In this document: piece by piece, positions 45,564 through 54,819 of the stretch
How positions within the stretch are numbered: position 1 is the stretch's first letter
Layout of the letters: the number at the start of each line of letters is the position of its first letter
IMG/VR virus record: IMGVR_UViG_3300042528_000130
Location: 1 to 56,256 of that record
Source of the DNA: a virus
Taxonomy: Duplodnaviria; Caudoviricetes
Strand: one strand, 5' to 3'
Length of the DNA stretch: 56,256 nucleotides
Notes under the pieces: model-generated
What the model was told of the DNA's origin: nothing
Database searches by the model: none
The model's input: the letters and a program-made list of their open reading frames with translations, nothing else
Made by a program: the position numbers and the translations under genes

Positions 45564-45922
45564 CAGCCGATCTCCTCGTACGAGCAGACAGCCTCGGCGT
45601 TTCCGGAACTTCCAGCCGTGAGTCTCAGCGAATCGCCTTCCATGAGATACATGGGGTTCTCTTTGCCAATCACGACGAGCGACGAGTCTGCCGGAACTGA
45701 CACAGTCTTGGCGATGTGATACGCAGTCGAGCCTCGATAGAGATCGACGTTCACGTCGACATTTGAGGTTCCGTTCACGTTCGCGACGGACAGCATGTTG
45801 ATCTTCAAGACTTTCCCAGACGAGCCTGGATTCGACGTGATCGCCGTCGCGGCTGTCCCGACAGCAAGAACGTCAGTCTTGCCGTAAATCATGGACGTGG
45901 CGACGATGTTCGGATTGGCCAT
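45563..45922 (-). CDS. conserved phage structural protein
   Basis: MANPNIV..I.GKT..KIN.L.VANV.G..YL.EGDSL..SYEEI. Confidence 0.75.
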   Translation of the reverse strand: MANPNIVATSMIYGKTDVLAVGTAATAITSNPGSSGKVLKINMLSVANVNGTSNVDVNVDLYRGSTAYHIAKTVSVPADSSLVVIGKENPMYLMEGDSLRLTAGSSGNAEAVCSYEEIG

Positions 45923-45928
45923 GTTTTC

Positions 45929-46825
45929 TCAACCTCCAAGAATAAACGCGGGCCAGAGAGAAGCGGCGACTGCGTTTGTATTTCCTGCCGCCGAGATCGT
46001 CACGGCAGTGCCGTTCGATGACACGCTGACGTTCAGGCCTGGAACGATGCTGACCGAGCCCGTCGCGCCATTCAGGCTCGTCACGTAGTCGTGCGTATGC
46101 GAAGTCGCGGCGTAGTCGTGCGTATGCGAAGTCGCGGCGTAGCTATGTGTGTGCGACGCCGCAGCGGCAGTCACGTCAGCGAGAGTGAGAACGACAGCTC
46201 CAGTTCTTCCGGCCACGCTGACGACAGGCGACGCCGCAGCAAGAGCAGCCGTGAACCCGGAGACGTCAGTCGTCGAGATCGTGACAGCACCAGTCCTGCC
46301 AGCCACGCTCTGGACTGGAATTGCGGCAGTAAAGCCAGAGATGTCCGCAACGCTGAGCGTGACGGTGCCAGTTCGGCCAGCGACGCTTGCGACTCGGCCA
46401 ATGTCTTGAATGCCAGAGATGTCAGTCGTCGAGAGCGTAACAGCACCAGTTCGTCCGGCCACGCTCACAACGGGAGACGCAGCGGCGAGAGCCGTCGTGA
46501 ACCCCGAGATATCAGTCGTCGAGTGCGTATGCACGGCAGGGGCCGCAGTCAGCTCAATGAGCGACAACGTCACGGCACCAGTCCTGCCCTGCACAGACAA
46601 GACTGGCGGATCTCGGCCAATCACGGTGATTCCGCCGCCCGTGGTCGTGATCGTGATATTCGGGCCAGCCACGAACGGATTTACGCCAGCAGTGCCGACT
46701 ATCGAAGTGGCCGTGCCATTCACGATGATGCTGGGGCCAATTCCGCCAGACACTGACACGCCAGGGTTTGCGCCGCCAGACACGGACACGCTGATCGGGC
46801 CGAGCCCATTGACTGTCACTGCCAT
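45929..46825 (-). CDS. fibre protein with V.SVAGRTGAV.L repeats and HxH motifs
   Basis: Five SVxGRTG repeats; HTHS/HTHD trimer motifs. Confidence 0.75.
   Translation of the reverse strand: MAVTVNGLGPISVSVSGGANPGVSVSGGIGPSIIVNGTATSIVGTAGVNPFVAGPNITITTTGGGITVIGRDPPVLSVQGRTGAVTLSLIELTAAPAVHTHSTTDISGFTTALAAASPVVSVAGRTGAVTLSTTDISGIQDIGRVASVAGRTGTVTLSVADISGFTAAIPVQSVAGRTGAVTISTTDVSGFTAALAAASPVVSVAGRTGAVVLTLADVTAAAASHTHSYAATSHTHDYAATSHTHDYVTSLNGATGSVSIVPGLNVSVSSNGTAVTISAAGNTNAVAASLWPAFILGG
46084..46142. repeat. 27-bp perfect tandem repeat (encodes YAATSHTHD)
   Basis: CGTAGTCGTGCGTATGCGAAGTCGCGG x2 plus a partial copy. Confidence 0.9.
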
Positions 46826-46829
46826 GCGA

Positions 46830-47180
46830 TCACGGACTCCTGACTGAGATCGTGCCGGAAAGAACAGTGCGAGTCACGATTCCAGGCGAGACCCATCTCA
46901 TGAGCCAGCGATAGTTCCCGCCCAGAGCGAGAGCCCCGGTCTGCGTCTCGTTCAGAGACAGGTTGAGCTGTCCGAGACTTAGGTCTACGGGCGTCTGCGT
47001 GAACTCGACGACGTTCGCAAACGACGTCACGTTCCCGCCAGAGACTTCCAAGACTTGGATGATCCGAGTCTCGAAAATGTATCCAGTCAGGTTCTGGTCG
47101 AAATCGAGCAGGATATTCAGCTCGTCGCCCTGAACGAACTCGATGTCGAGCGTATCTGGCAGTACTGAGTATGAAGCCAT
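46830..47180 (-). CDS. BppU-like adaptor protein (paralog A)
   Basis: LDIEFVQGD..D.NLTGY..G.L.LSL..QT..RTVLSG. Confidence 0.65.
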   Translation of the reverse strand: MASYSVLPDTLDIEFVQGDELNILLDFDQNLTGYIFETRIIQVLEVSGGNVTSFANVVEFTQTPVDLSLGQLNLSLNETQTGALALGGNYRWLMRWVSPGIVTRTVLSGTISVRSP

Positions 47181-47218
47181 GCTCCCGAAACTAGCACGTC
47201 TTCAAGTCTTACCCGAAG

Positions 47219-47524
47219 TTATCTCCTGACTTCAGCCCCTCGAATCAAGTCTGCGACTTTCTTCACGTCCGGACGCCATGCTTTCCAGTCGTAGGCATGC
47301 CCGACTGAGTGGTGGCAGTCGCGGCACAGGGTCACGAGGTTCTCCGGGTCAAGCTCAGGGCCTCCGGCATGAACTGGCGTGACGTGATGGGCTTCGAGGT
47401 CTTTGGCTCGCCCGCAGGCACGGCACGACGGCTCACGGCGAATATGCTCGTCTCGAACACGTCGCCACTGGCCAGATCGAGGGGCTCCGAAGACGTTTTC
47501 GCTGAACCAGCGAGAGAAGATCAT
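47219..47524 (-). CDS. HNH endonuclease
   Basis: W..VR..H....P.C..CG..LEAHH..P..ENLVTLC..CH...GH. Confidence 0.85.
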   Translation of the reverse strand: MIFSRWFSENVFGAPRSGQWRRVRDEHIRREPSCRACGRAKDLEAHHVTPVHAGGPELDPENLVTLCRDCHHSVGHAYDWKAWRPDVKKVADLIRGAEVRR

Positions 47525-47580
47525 GCTTGCCGACCCAGAGCCGCCTGGAACGCCTGCATCGCGTTGTAATAGTCCAGCGA
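47521..47580 (-). pseudogene. 3' remnant of a displaced fibre-type gene
   Basis: ..SLDYYNAMQAFQAALGRQA* whose TGA still overlaps the HNH ATG. Confidence 0.5.
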
Positions 47581-47591
47581 AGGCAGAACTC

Positions 47592-50081
47592 TCACAACGC
47601 CGCAGGAATCAAGCTTGTGTTTTGCCGGATTGCGGTGATCGCGTCCTGCGTATAGCCCTGCGATGTCATGCCCTGCTGCACCGCCGCCGGAACTTGGCTG
47701 ATGTCTCCAGTGATGACCGGCGATGCTGTGCTGACGATGGATGTGTAGACCTTGCCTGCAAACAGCGTGATCGAACCGCCGCCCGTCGTGCTGGACACAA
47801 GCGGCGTGGCGCCGTCATCGCGATAGAGCCGATGCCCGCCAGTGAACTCCACGCCCGTTGCCGATACGTTGTCGAGCTTGAGGTTGACCACTGATGTAAC
47901 GACGCGGAAGTTGGCCGCGTCTTCCGCGACGACGCCGCCGACCCAGTTGCGGATGCCGCTCTCCGTTGTGGTCGTGTGGACGAACCAGGAATAGAGCCGA
48001 TCCACGCTGGTCTGGCCGTTGGGGTCAGAGATGTCCACCTGGACGTTTGGGTAGTCCGCGGAAAACTCGGTGACCGCCGAGCCATCCACGCCGATGCCGT
48101 CGTACACAGCGTCGGCCTGCTGCGAGACCAGCGCCGACCAGCCAGTAGAGCCAACGACTACCTGCGTCACGAACGGCAGCTTGGCGGTCGCGCCGCTCTG
48201 CCATGTGGCGGTGATCGCCAGCGTATCGCCCGTCGTGTAGCCAGTACCTTCGTCGTAGGTGGCGCTGTAGCTGGTGCCCGCGACGATCTGGTTGACGACT
48301 TCAGAAGCCGTGGTGTTGTTGTAAATCCGCAAGCGCGAGCCAGCCGTAATGCCGGTGATGCTGACGGTCTTGGGCGGTGCCACCGTTCCGTTCGCGTCGG
48401 TGCGCGTGCCGATAAATGTCGCGCCGTTGGCGAGCGTGATGACGCCCGTGGTCGTCATGTCCCCGGTGTAGGTCGATGCCTTGATCGTGATCGTGGAGCC
48501 TGACAGCGCGAAAGCCTGCGCCGCCGTGGCGTCGATGGTGACGTTGTAGCTGCCCGCGTCGATCAGGGTGCCGGAGCGGGTGATCGGCAAGTTGACCCCG
48601 ATGTTGGCATCGAGGCTCTCGAAATAGCGGCAGCGGTCGTAGAACTTCGCGGTGTTTTCCAGCGTCGTATAAGCAGCGACGGTCGCGCCGTCGGTTTGGG
48701 TGATAGATGCGTCCACAGATAAGAACTTCGTCAGAACCGTTCGCTCGGTGAAGTCGGCGGCTTCGGACAGGTAGACATACCCGTATTTCCGCACCTTCAG
48801 CGTGAACGGGTAGTAGTTGATCGCCTGACTGACAAACTCACTCTGCCGCGACCACCGCGACCGCGTGACGAAGGCATTCTCGCCCGAGCCAATGGCGCTA
48901 TTCGTGACCGTGCCGCTGGCGTTGGTCTTGAGGATGGTCTGCTTGACCGGATTGAACGATGCGTCTTTCGAGACTGTCCAGCCCGCGTTCCCGTCTTTGT
49001 CGATCAGCGCAAGCGTGACATCGGAAATGGGGTCGCCCTCAAGGTCAAGGATGTCTGGGGCGACGGAATAGCCTTCGTAGAACAGCCCGGTGCCCGCAGT
49101 GAACCACCGAACCGAGTTTGCAAGCCCTGCCGGAAATGTGGTGTTCCAATAGTAATGGACGCCATCTGGCAGGTTGTAGTTGAAGCAGAAGATCGGCGCG
49201 GTAAACAATCCGGTAGACGGATTAGGCATGAAGTATTGAAGGTCGAACGTGTCTGAACCGTTGGGGTTGCCAAGGTCAGACCGTATCGACAGCGCGGCGG
49301 AAAACGCTTCTGTGCCAGCGCTTCTAGCCGGGTTGTCTGAGGTGAACAGGCCCGCGAAACTGCCGACAAAGCGGTTGTTGGCCAGTGTCCGATTGGTGCC
49401 TTCTTGCAGCACGAAATTCTCGAACGAGCAGTCGATGAACTCTGCCGACTGCGGGCCACCAGTATAAAACAGCCAATGCAGTGCCGATCCGGTTGCACTT
49501 TCCGGCGTGACAGAAAACCGCGTTTGATAAAAGCGCCCGACGCCAGACATGGCGTAGAACGTATAGGTGGCGGCTAATTGGTTGTAGAAAATCCCGCCGC
49601 CGCTCACGCCGCGTTCAGCCGAAACCCTACGCCCGAATTGGATGAACCCACCCACCGCGCTGTGCAAATAGGTGTTGTTGCCGGTGAAGATGATGAAGTT
49701 GTCCAGCCCGCCGAGCAAGCCGCCATTGACCACCTGAATGAATGCGGCTGTCTGGATGATCTTCTGTCGCGCAAGGCCGATATGCGAAGCCGACGCGGGC
49801 AGCGCGGTCACAATGTCGCGCACGTCATAGCTGATCTTGAACGTGGTCGTGGCGTCGGGGGTAACGTCCCACGCATCGGTCACAGTGATGACGGTCGCAG
49901 TGGCCGACCTGATCGGGCGCGACTGCCCAGCCCCGGTGCCGCCCGTCAGGTAGATGATGCGGTCGGCCCATGCCGTGCTGAATCCCGTGCCTGTGAGCGT
50001 TGTCGAAGTACCGCCCGTAGCCGTGCCAGCAGCCACGCCGCTGTCTATGGTGATGGTTGAGCCTACGAGCGTGATGGCCAT
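47592..50081 (-). CDS. 829-aa tail spike/receptor-binding-like protein
   Basis: Thr/Gly-rich, beta-rich; GTGAGQSR N-terminal motif; in the fibre module. Confidence 0.7.
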   Translation of the reverse strand: MAITLVGSTITIDSGVAAGTATGGTSTTLTGTGFSTAWADRIIYLTGGTGAGQSRPIRSATATVITVTDAWDVTPDATTTFKISYDVRDIVTALPASASHIGLARQKIIQTAAFIQVVNGGLLGGLDNFIIFTGNNTYLHSAVGGFIQFGRRVSAERGVSGGGIFYNQLAATYTFYAMSGVGRFYQTRFSVTPESATGSALHWLFYTGGPQSAEFIDCSFENFVLQEGTNRTLANNRFVGSFAGLFTSDNPARSAGTEAFSAALSIRSDLGNPNGSDTFDLQYFMPNPSTGLFTAPIFCFNYNLPDGVHYYWNTTFPAGLANSVRWFTAGTGLFYEGYSVAPDILDLEGDPISDVTLALIDKDGNAGWTVSKDASFNPVKQTILKTNASGTVTNSAIGSGENAFVTRSRWSRQSEFVSQAINYYPFTLKVRKYGYVYLSEAADFTERTVLTKFLSVDASITQTDGATVAAYTTLENTAKFYDRCRYFESLDANIGVNLPITRSGTLIDAGSYNVTIDATAAQAFALSGSTITIKASTYTGDMTTTGVITLANGATFIGTRTDANGTVAPPKTVSITGITAGSRLRIYNNTTASEVVNQIVAGTSYSATYDEGTGYTTGDTLAITATWQSGATAKLPFVTQVVVGSTGWSALVSQQADAVYDGIGVDGSAVTEFSADYPNVQVDISDPNGQTSVDRLYSWFVHTTTTESGIRNWVGGVVAEDAANFRVVTSVVNLKLDNVSATGVEFTGGHRLYRDDGATPLVSSTTGGGSITLFAGKVYTSIVSTASPVITGDISQVPAAVQQGMTSQGYTQDAITAIRQNTSLIPAAL

Positions 50082-50082
50082 G

Positions 50083-50472
50083 TTAGCTGTACGACACGCC
50101 CGTTAGCGCGTCGCCCGTATAGTTGAGGGTCTTCGTGAGTGAAACTCCCGACGGCGTGCCGCCCGATAGCGTGATCGACGTGAGTTTGCCGTCCGTGTAG
50201 CTGAGCGTTTTCGTGATGCTGCCGCCTGGGGCTGCGTAGGTAACCGCCGTGAGTGTCCCCGACGAGTAGGTGTACGTCGCGGGATAGCTCCGCAGGTTTT
50301 TCGAGACGGACTCGAACGTCTCTGCCGTGACCGACAACGGCACGACAACCCCGACGGCGTTCTTATAGAACAGTTTTCCGTCTGCGTAATTTAGCGCCAG
50401 CTCGCCAAGGCTCAGGGTCGCTGGCACGGCGCCAGGAGTCGCGCTGCGCTTGTGTTGAATCGTGTTGGGCAT
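50083..50472 (-). CDS. fibre-associated protein (Mtd/hyaluronidase-like N-terminal domain)
   Basis: IQHKRS..PG.VP..L..GELALNYADGKLFYKN. Confidence 0.75.
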   Translation of the reverse strand: MPNTIQHKRSATPGAVPATLSLGELALNYADGKLFYKNAVGVVVPLSVTAETFESVSKNLRSYPATYTYSSGTLTAVTYAAPGGSITKTLSYTDGKLTSITLSGGTPSGVSLTKTLNYTGDALTGVSYS

Positions 50473-50474
50473 GA

Positions 50475-51245
50475 CTAGAACGTCCCGCCGTCAATCGTCG
50501 ACGACGGGCTGAGGTAATCAGTTCCGGCAACAGCGGCCGAGTACGCAGAGCCATTGCCCTTCAGGAGTCCGCTCACGGCACTCGTCAGGCCCGTCCCGCC
50601 ATATCCCACCGCGACAGCAGTTCCCTGCCACGTTCCGGAAGAGATCGTCCCGACGCTCGTTAGCGACGAGCCAGTCACGCCTGAGCCAAGAGCAGTCGCC
50701 GAAAGCACAGCCGTGCCGTTGATCTCGTAAGACTTGCCCGAGACTAGATTGAAGTCTTCGCTCGAAGTCCAGGCAGAGGCAGAGCTAATCCACGACAGAG
50801 TCTTGTCGGTGTCACCCTTGAGCGTGATCCCGCCGCCATCAGCGGTGGCATTACTCGGCGTGGCTGTGTCGCCGAGGACGATGTTCTTGTCCTCGATGAC
50901 GAGGTTCGTCGAATTCAGGTTCGTCGTCGTGCCGTTGACAGTGAGATTCCCGCTCACGACGAGATTCGACGAGATCGTGCCGCCAGTCAGGGGCAGATAG
51001 TTCGCGAGCTGGCCAGACACGTCGACAGACGCCACAGCAGTGTCGACATACGTCTTCGTGGCGAACGCCCCGTCTCCGCCGATGGCGATGACGCTCGTGG
51101 CACTGCCGCCAGCGCCGCCCGTGCCTGTGCCGTAGTAGAGGATGTTCGTCTGTTCGTTGAACGCGAGTTCGGCGTTCTGGAGCGAAGCCGGGGCTCCGAC
51201 TCCGCCGCCACTGGCTCGACGCTTAATCCTGACTGTATTCGCCAT
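50475..51245 (-). CDS. fibre protein (Mtd-like N-terminal domain)
   Basis: RIKRR..P..L.N.ELAFNE..LYYG; GNLTVNGTTT; ends IDGGTF. Confidence 0.75.
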   Translation of the reverse strand: MANTVRIKRRASGGGVGAPASLQNAELAFNEQTNILYYGTGTGGAGGSATSVIAIGGDGAFATKTYVDTAVASVDVSGQLANYLPLTGGTISSNLVVSGNLTVNGTTTNLNSTNLVIEDKNIVLGDTATPSNATADGGGITLKGDTDKTLSWISSASAWTSSEDFNLVSGKSYEINGTAVLSATALGSGVTGSSLTSVGTISSGTWQGTAVAVGYGGTGLTSAVSGLLKGNGSAYSAAVAGTDYLSPSSTIDGGTF

Positions 51246-51248
51246 GAC

Positions 51249-51503
51249 TTAAAAATTCCCCCCGTCAACGAGACTTTCTTCTGGATGATTCCGCCACTTG
51301 CCGTTCGAGTACCGAAGCACGTTCCCGTCCGACACGGACTGAATCTCCACGTCAGACGCAGCAGAGAGCTGCGTGAGCCCCTGTGGCCCGATGCCGCCAG
51401 AGACCGTGGCTGACACGCCGCTGCCGCCCGAGACCCCGACTGATACAGAGCCAGACGACACCGACACTGAAATTGGCGAGCTGGACACAGATGCGGCGAT
51501 CAT
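51249..51503 (-). CDS. small structural protein
   Basis: SVSVSGG repeats; L...SDV..G.VL.Y..GKW.N; ends DGGNF. Confidence 0.65.
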   Translation of the reverse strand: MIAASVSSSPISVSVSSGSVSVGVSGGSGVSATVSGGIGPQGLTQLSAASDVEIQSVSDGNVLRYSNGKWRNHPEESLVDGGNF

Positions 51504-51808
51504 TTCACGACCTCGCAGATGCCAGTCAGGACAGTCCGTTTCGCGTCGCCTGGAGCGATCCACTGCATCGACCAGCCGTACGAACCCACTGGCGGCGTCT
51601 GCTCTGAAAACGAGAGATTCACCCGTCCGGCCGAGGCGTCGATCACGCTCGTCGCGATGTCTGAGACTTTCTCGTACGTCACGAGCGAGTAGATGTGCGA
51701 CGAGACGGCGTGTCCAGACAAAGAGACGTCGAAGTCGACGACGGTTCCGGCCTCGTCGCCCGACTTCAAGACTAGATTCAGCGTGCCTGGGATCTGGCTG
51801 TACGACAT
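51500..51808 (-). CDS. BppU-like adaptor protein (paralog B)
   Basis: Similar to 46830-47180 (P.TL....GDE..DFD..L.G; W..PG...RTVL.G). Confidence 0.65.
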   Translation of the reverse strand: MSYSQIPGTLNLVLKSGDEAGTVVDFDVSLSGHAVSSHIYSLVTYEKVSDIATSVIDASAGRVNLSFSEQTPPVGSYGWSMQWIAPGDAKRTVLTGICEVVK

Positions 51809-51818
51809 GCCAGATATT

Positions 51819-52019
51819 TTATCTCAGCGAGTCTTCGTCCCGAAAGCAGACTTGGGCGTCGAAGACATCAGGACAGGCTTTCCCTGCGGCGTACAGGTCG
51901 AACGGCTTCGGGTAGTGCCGAAGAATCTCTCTCGCCTCTTTGTCGCCGATGCTGGCGAGCTTGATCAGATACTCGGCCGCTCGAATCGTGGCCCGAGTTC
52001 GCTCATTCGGCATGGTCAT
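51819..52019 (-). CDS. hypothetical protein (MT.P.ERTRA family)
   Basis: MTMPNERTRA..A..ILRHYP. Confidence 0.6.
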   Translation of the reverse strand: MTMPNERTRATIRAAEYLIKLASIGDKEAREILRHYPKPFDLYAAGKACPDVFDAQVCFRDEDSLR

Positions 52020-52203
52020 CTTCACTCCTCGCCTTCGCCGAGATGAACCGCACGTACTTGTTTTCTTTGGCCATCTCTTCCGGATAGCCATTCTCGACGA
52101 GCCAGACTTTCAGGGGTGTCTTGCCATCCCAGAGCTTCGGGAATCCGTACATCCAGCCTGACGGCGGGTCGACGTAGATCGGCCTCGAAATTCGTCTGTT
52201 CAT
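52003..52203 (-). CDS. hypothetical protein (DPPSGW.YGFPK family)
   Basis: VDPPSGWMYGFPK..WLVENGYP. Confidence 0.6.
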   Translation of the reverse strand: MNRRISRPIYVDPPSGWMYGFPKLWDGKTPLKVWLVENGYPEEMAKENKYVRFISAKARSEDDHAE

Positions 52204-52271
52204 CAGGAAGCGAGAACGTGAGGGTGGCGGTTGGCATGTCCGTACTATAGCAGCCGCTCGCGTTGAGAATT

Positions 52272-52514
52272 TTAGATGTAGTATTCGGCGGCGTGCCGCA
52301 GCGTATTCGCAATCCCTTTAAGCTGCTCCCGAAGACTTTCCCACGCCTCGCATGACGCGTCGTCGCTGTCGTCATGCGTTTCAAAGTCAGCATCGCTGTC
52401 TTCGAGAGACTTGCTCAGAGCATCCAGTAAATTTGCAATCGCTTGCGGATCGCCTCGCAAGTCGCCTCCAAGTGCCTGAATGTGAGCGACAATTTCCTGT
52501 TCTGCGAGACTCAT
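52272..52514 (-). CDS. hypothetical protein
   Basis: ATG after GGGAG; acidic helical protein. Confidence 0.55.
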   Translation of the reverse strand: MSLAEQEIVAHIQALGGDLRGDPQAIANLLDALSKSLEDSDADFETHDDSDDASCEAWESLREQLKGIANTLRHAAEYYI

Positions 52515-52572
52515 CTGGACTCCCTGCCTCAACTCTCAATGTGTAGTGCCGCGCGGGCGGCAGTTCATTCGC

Positions 52573-52731
52573 TCAGTAGCGCACTTTGATCTTCTTTGGG
52601 CATTCGCGGTATCCGCAGACTGAGCATTTCCCCCACTGGCCGACGCGGTTCCTGTCGCAACAGCTACACCAAAATTTCCCTTTGCTGGCGATCTGGCTTT
52701 TCTGACGGTTGGTGAGAATGCGGTCGCCCAT
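52573..52731 (-). CDS. small Cys-rich (Zn-binding) protein
   Basis: WCSCCD..KCSVCG. Confidence 0.55.
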   Translation of the reverse strand: MGDRILTNRQKSQIASKGKFWCSCCDRNRVGQWGKCSVCGYRECPKKIKVRY

Positions 52732-52834
52732 GTCCCTACCTTTTCGCTGTAGCGTCAACCAACAGTCAACCAACGGTCAAGCGACCCTTGACCGTTCCTG
52801 CATTTCTGCGACCACCTGTCAGAAAATGACAGGA

Positions 52835-53047
52835 TCAGTCAGTTAGTGTGTAGTGCGAGTCCCGCATCATCTCTCTGATCTGCTCGGCCAGTTCCGCCTG
52901 TTCCTTGGTCGGCTCTCCGTGCTTGAGCAGCGAGCGGCAGTGCTGGTCGATCTCCCAGATCACTCGCTTGGCCTCTCGCCCCTGGAGGGCGTCATCAAAC
53001 TCGGCCTGCTCCTCAGGCAGGCGGAATCGCAGCGTGGCTATGGGCAT
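52835..53047 (-). CDS. hypothetical protein (ATL.F.LPEE family)
   Basis: MPIATLRFRLPEEQAEF..IDQ.CR..LKHG; RBS GAGG. Confidence 0.65.
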   Translation of the reverse strand: MPIATLRFRLPEEQAEFDDALQGREAKRVIWEIDQHCRSLLKHGEPTKEQAELAEQIREMMRDSHYTLTD

Positions 53048-53085
53048 GGCTACCTCAGGTTGCGACTGGTAGATCAGTCGCTACA

Positions 53086-53373
53086 TCACTCCTGCACGCT
53101 ACCCTCGTCCGGTATAGCGTGCGTCGGCGGTGCAAGGTCGAACGCCAATTCCTCCACGCCGTCCACATCGACAAACAGCCGCCCGCCGCTCACGGACAGC
53201 GTCCCGTCCTGGGTAGCGACGGCGACCAGGGCGGCTCGCGTGCGCTCCAGTTCGCGGGCGAGGCGGACGATCATGCAGACCGGATGCCACATGTGGCAGC
53301 GGCCCGAGTGCGTCCCGATACGCTCCTCGCGTGAGTCTCGCCACTCTCGGTAGTCGGCCAGTAGGTCGCTCAT
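53086..53373 (-). CDS. hypothetical protein
   Basis: Plausible 95-aa ORF in the minus-strand cluster; TH..C..WH..C. Confidence 0.55.
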   Translation of the reverse strand: MSDLLADYREWRDSREERIGTHSGRCHMWHPVCMIVRLARELERTRAALVAVATQDGTLSVSGGRLFVDVDGVEELAFDLAPPTHAIPDEGSVQE

Positions 53374-53779
53374 TCCATTTCCCAGAACTTGATAGGCCAG
53401 TGTCTATCAGAAATGTGACTGATTATTGAGTTTTATCCTGTGCGTCGGCAGCTATTCCGGCCGATCCGCCAGTTCATCGGTCGATATGCCACTGCCCCGT
53501 CCCATCGTCGCCAAGCCGTTGTCGGGCTGCGTTACGCCTGGGGCTGCCTCGCCTGCCCCGTTGCGGCACCGTAGGGCGCGGTGCCAGGGCGGGCGAGGTT
53601 GTGATCGGTAAGCAAAAGATGCCATCTTTTATAACTGATTGTATTGTGATTCGTTCGTTTTTCGTCGCTTTTGACCTACGTTTCGGGAACGTGTCGCCGT
53701 GCGTTACTGATGGCCCCAGCCGCGTGCCATCCTGTAGGAAAAATGGACGATATTTCCTACAGCCATGTCTTTAGCCAAT

Positions 53780-53974
53780 CTATGTAGCGTCACTGAGGTT
53801 GCCATACTCGTCTACCGGCAGCGTCGGGTCTGGTCGGTGCAGGTGCGGGAACACCCACTCTCCGCACCGCTTGCAATCCTCCCCAGACGGCGATGCGTGA
53901 TCCCGGCTGGCAGACTCCCACTGCTCCCCGCACTCGTCGCACATGAATGATCGCCAGCCCTGCATATCAGTCAT
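53780..53974 (-). CDS. small Zn-ribbon protein
   Basis: CDECG..CKRCG. Confidence 0.55.
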   Translation of the reverse strand: MTDMQGWRSFMCDECGEQWESASRDHASPSGEDCKRCGEWVFPHLHRPDPTLPVDEYGNLSDAT

Positions 53975-54106
53975 CGCCCTACATGCGGCGTGTGCCGCCT
54001 CCTCATTATTTTGATTCTGGTGATTGTCTGGAGCCAGAAAACAGGGCCGAGCGAGACAATGCGATAACGGCATTATCAGTCAGGGTAATGGAATAATTAG
54101 ATTGTT

Positions 54107-54490
54107 CTATTGCCTTGCAATCCATTCTCCGGCGACGTGCAATCTCCGACACGCCACCAACATATCCGTCTCGCATCGCTCGGCGTCCTGCCGCGTAGCA
54201 ACCCGCGAACTCCTGACGACCCGCCATTCCGCAACCGGGAACGAGTCTCGCAACTGCTTCAGTCTCCTGCCCGTATCGTGCGCGACGCCGATCTTCCAAA
54301 AGCCCGTGTCTCCGACAACTGCCTCCAACCAGTAAACGTCGCATCCGTATCGCGGATTGGTTGAGGTCGCGCGTGGTTCGACGTACTGCTTCCAGCAATC
54401 CTCAACCGACCCGAGCCACGTCGCCAGGTTTTCCTCAACGCGGATTCCGGCGTCCATCGCGGCATAGGCGAACTGCTGGCGGTGACTCAT
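54107..54490 (-). CDS. GIY-YIG/T5orf172-like nuclease domain protein (cassette 1)
   Basis: DVYWL..FWKIGVA....RRLKQL..E......GEW. Confidence 0.7.
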   Translation of the reverse strand: MSHRQQFAYAAMDAGIRVEENLATWLGSVEDCWKQYVEPRATSTNPRYGCDVYWLEAVVGDTGFWKIGVAHDTGRRLKQLRDSFPVAEWRVVRSSRVATRQDAERCETDMLVACRRLHVAGEWIARQ

Positions 54491-54584
54491 GGCAATAGAA
54501 CCAGCGGATGCAGCGGACTCGCGATGCCGTCTGCTTGTGTAGTTTCGTCAGCGGTCGCGAGCCGCTGATCCTGCGTGTTCTGCG

Positions 54585-54785
54585 TCACTCGGCAACAGTC
54601 CATCTGACACCGGCCTTATCCAGTGCCGCCTTTGCTTGAGCCGAGTGGAAAAACCAACCGGATGCAAAATCAGGCCGCAGCATCGCCGGGTTCGCTGGTG
54701 GCTTCGGAAGCACCACAACTGGTGATGCAGAACCAGCCGATGCAGGAGACGGCTCGGCACCGCCCTGCTTGTTGTCAGTGTCCAT
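54585..54785 (-). CDS. hypothetical protein (cassette 2; starts inside attC)
   Basis: N-terminus EPSPASAGS encoded by the attC arm. Confidence 0.55.
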   Translation of the reverse strand: MDTDNKQGGAEPSPASAGSASPVVVLPKPPANPAMLRPDFASGWFFHSAQAKAALDKAGVRWTVAE

Positions 54786-54819
54786 GTCTCGCCGCTCCTG
54801 ATCTCGCGCGTTCTGTGGA

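Noticed and set aside
47582-47591. CAGAAC/GTTCTG at the fibre-gene junction as an attC-type crossover
   Set aside because: Only a 6-mer, with no accompanying palindrome.
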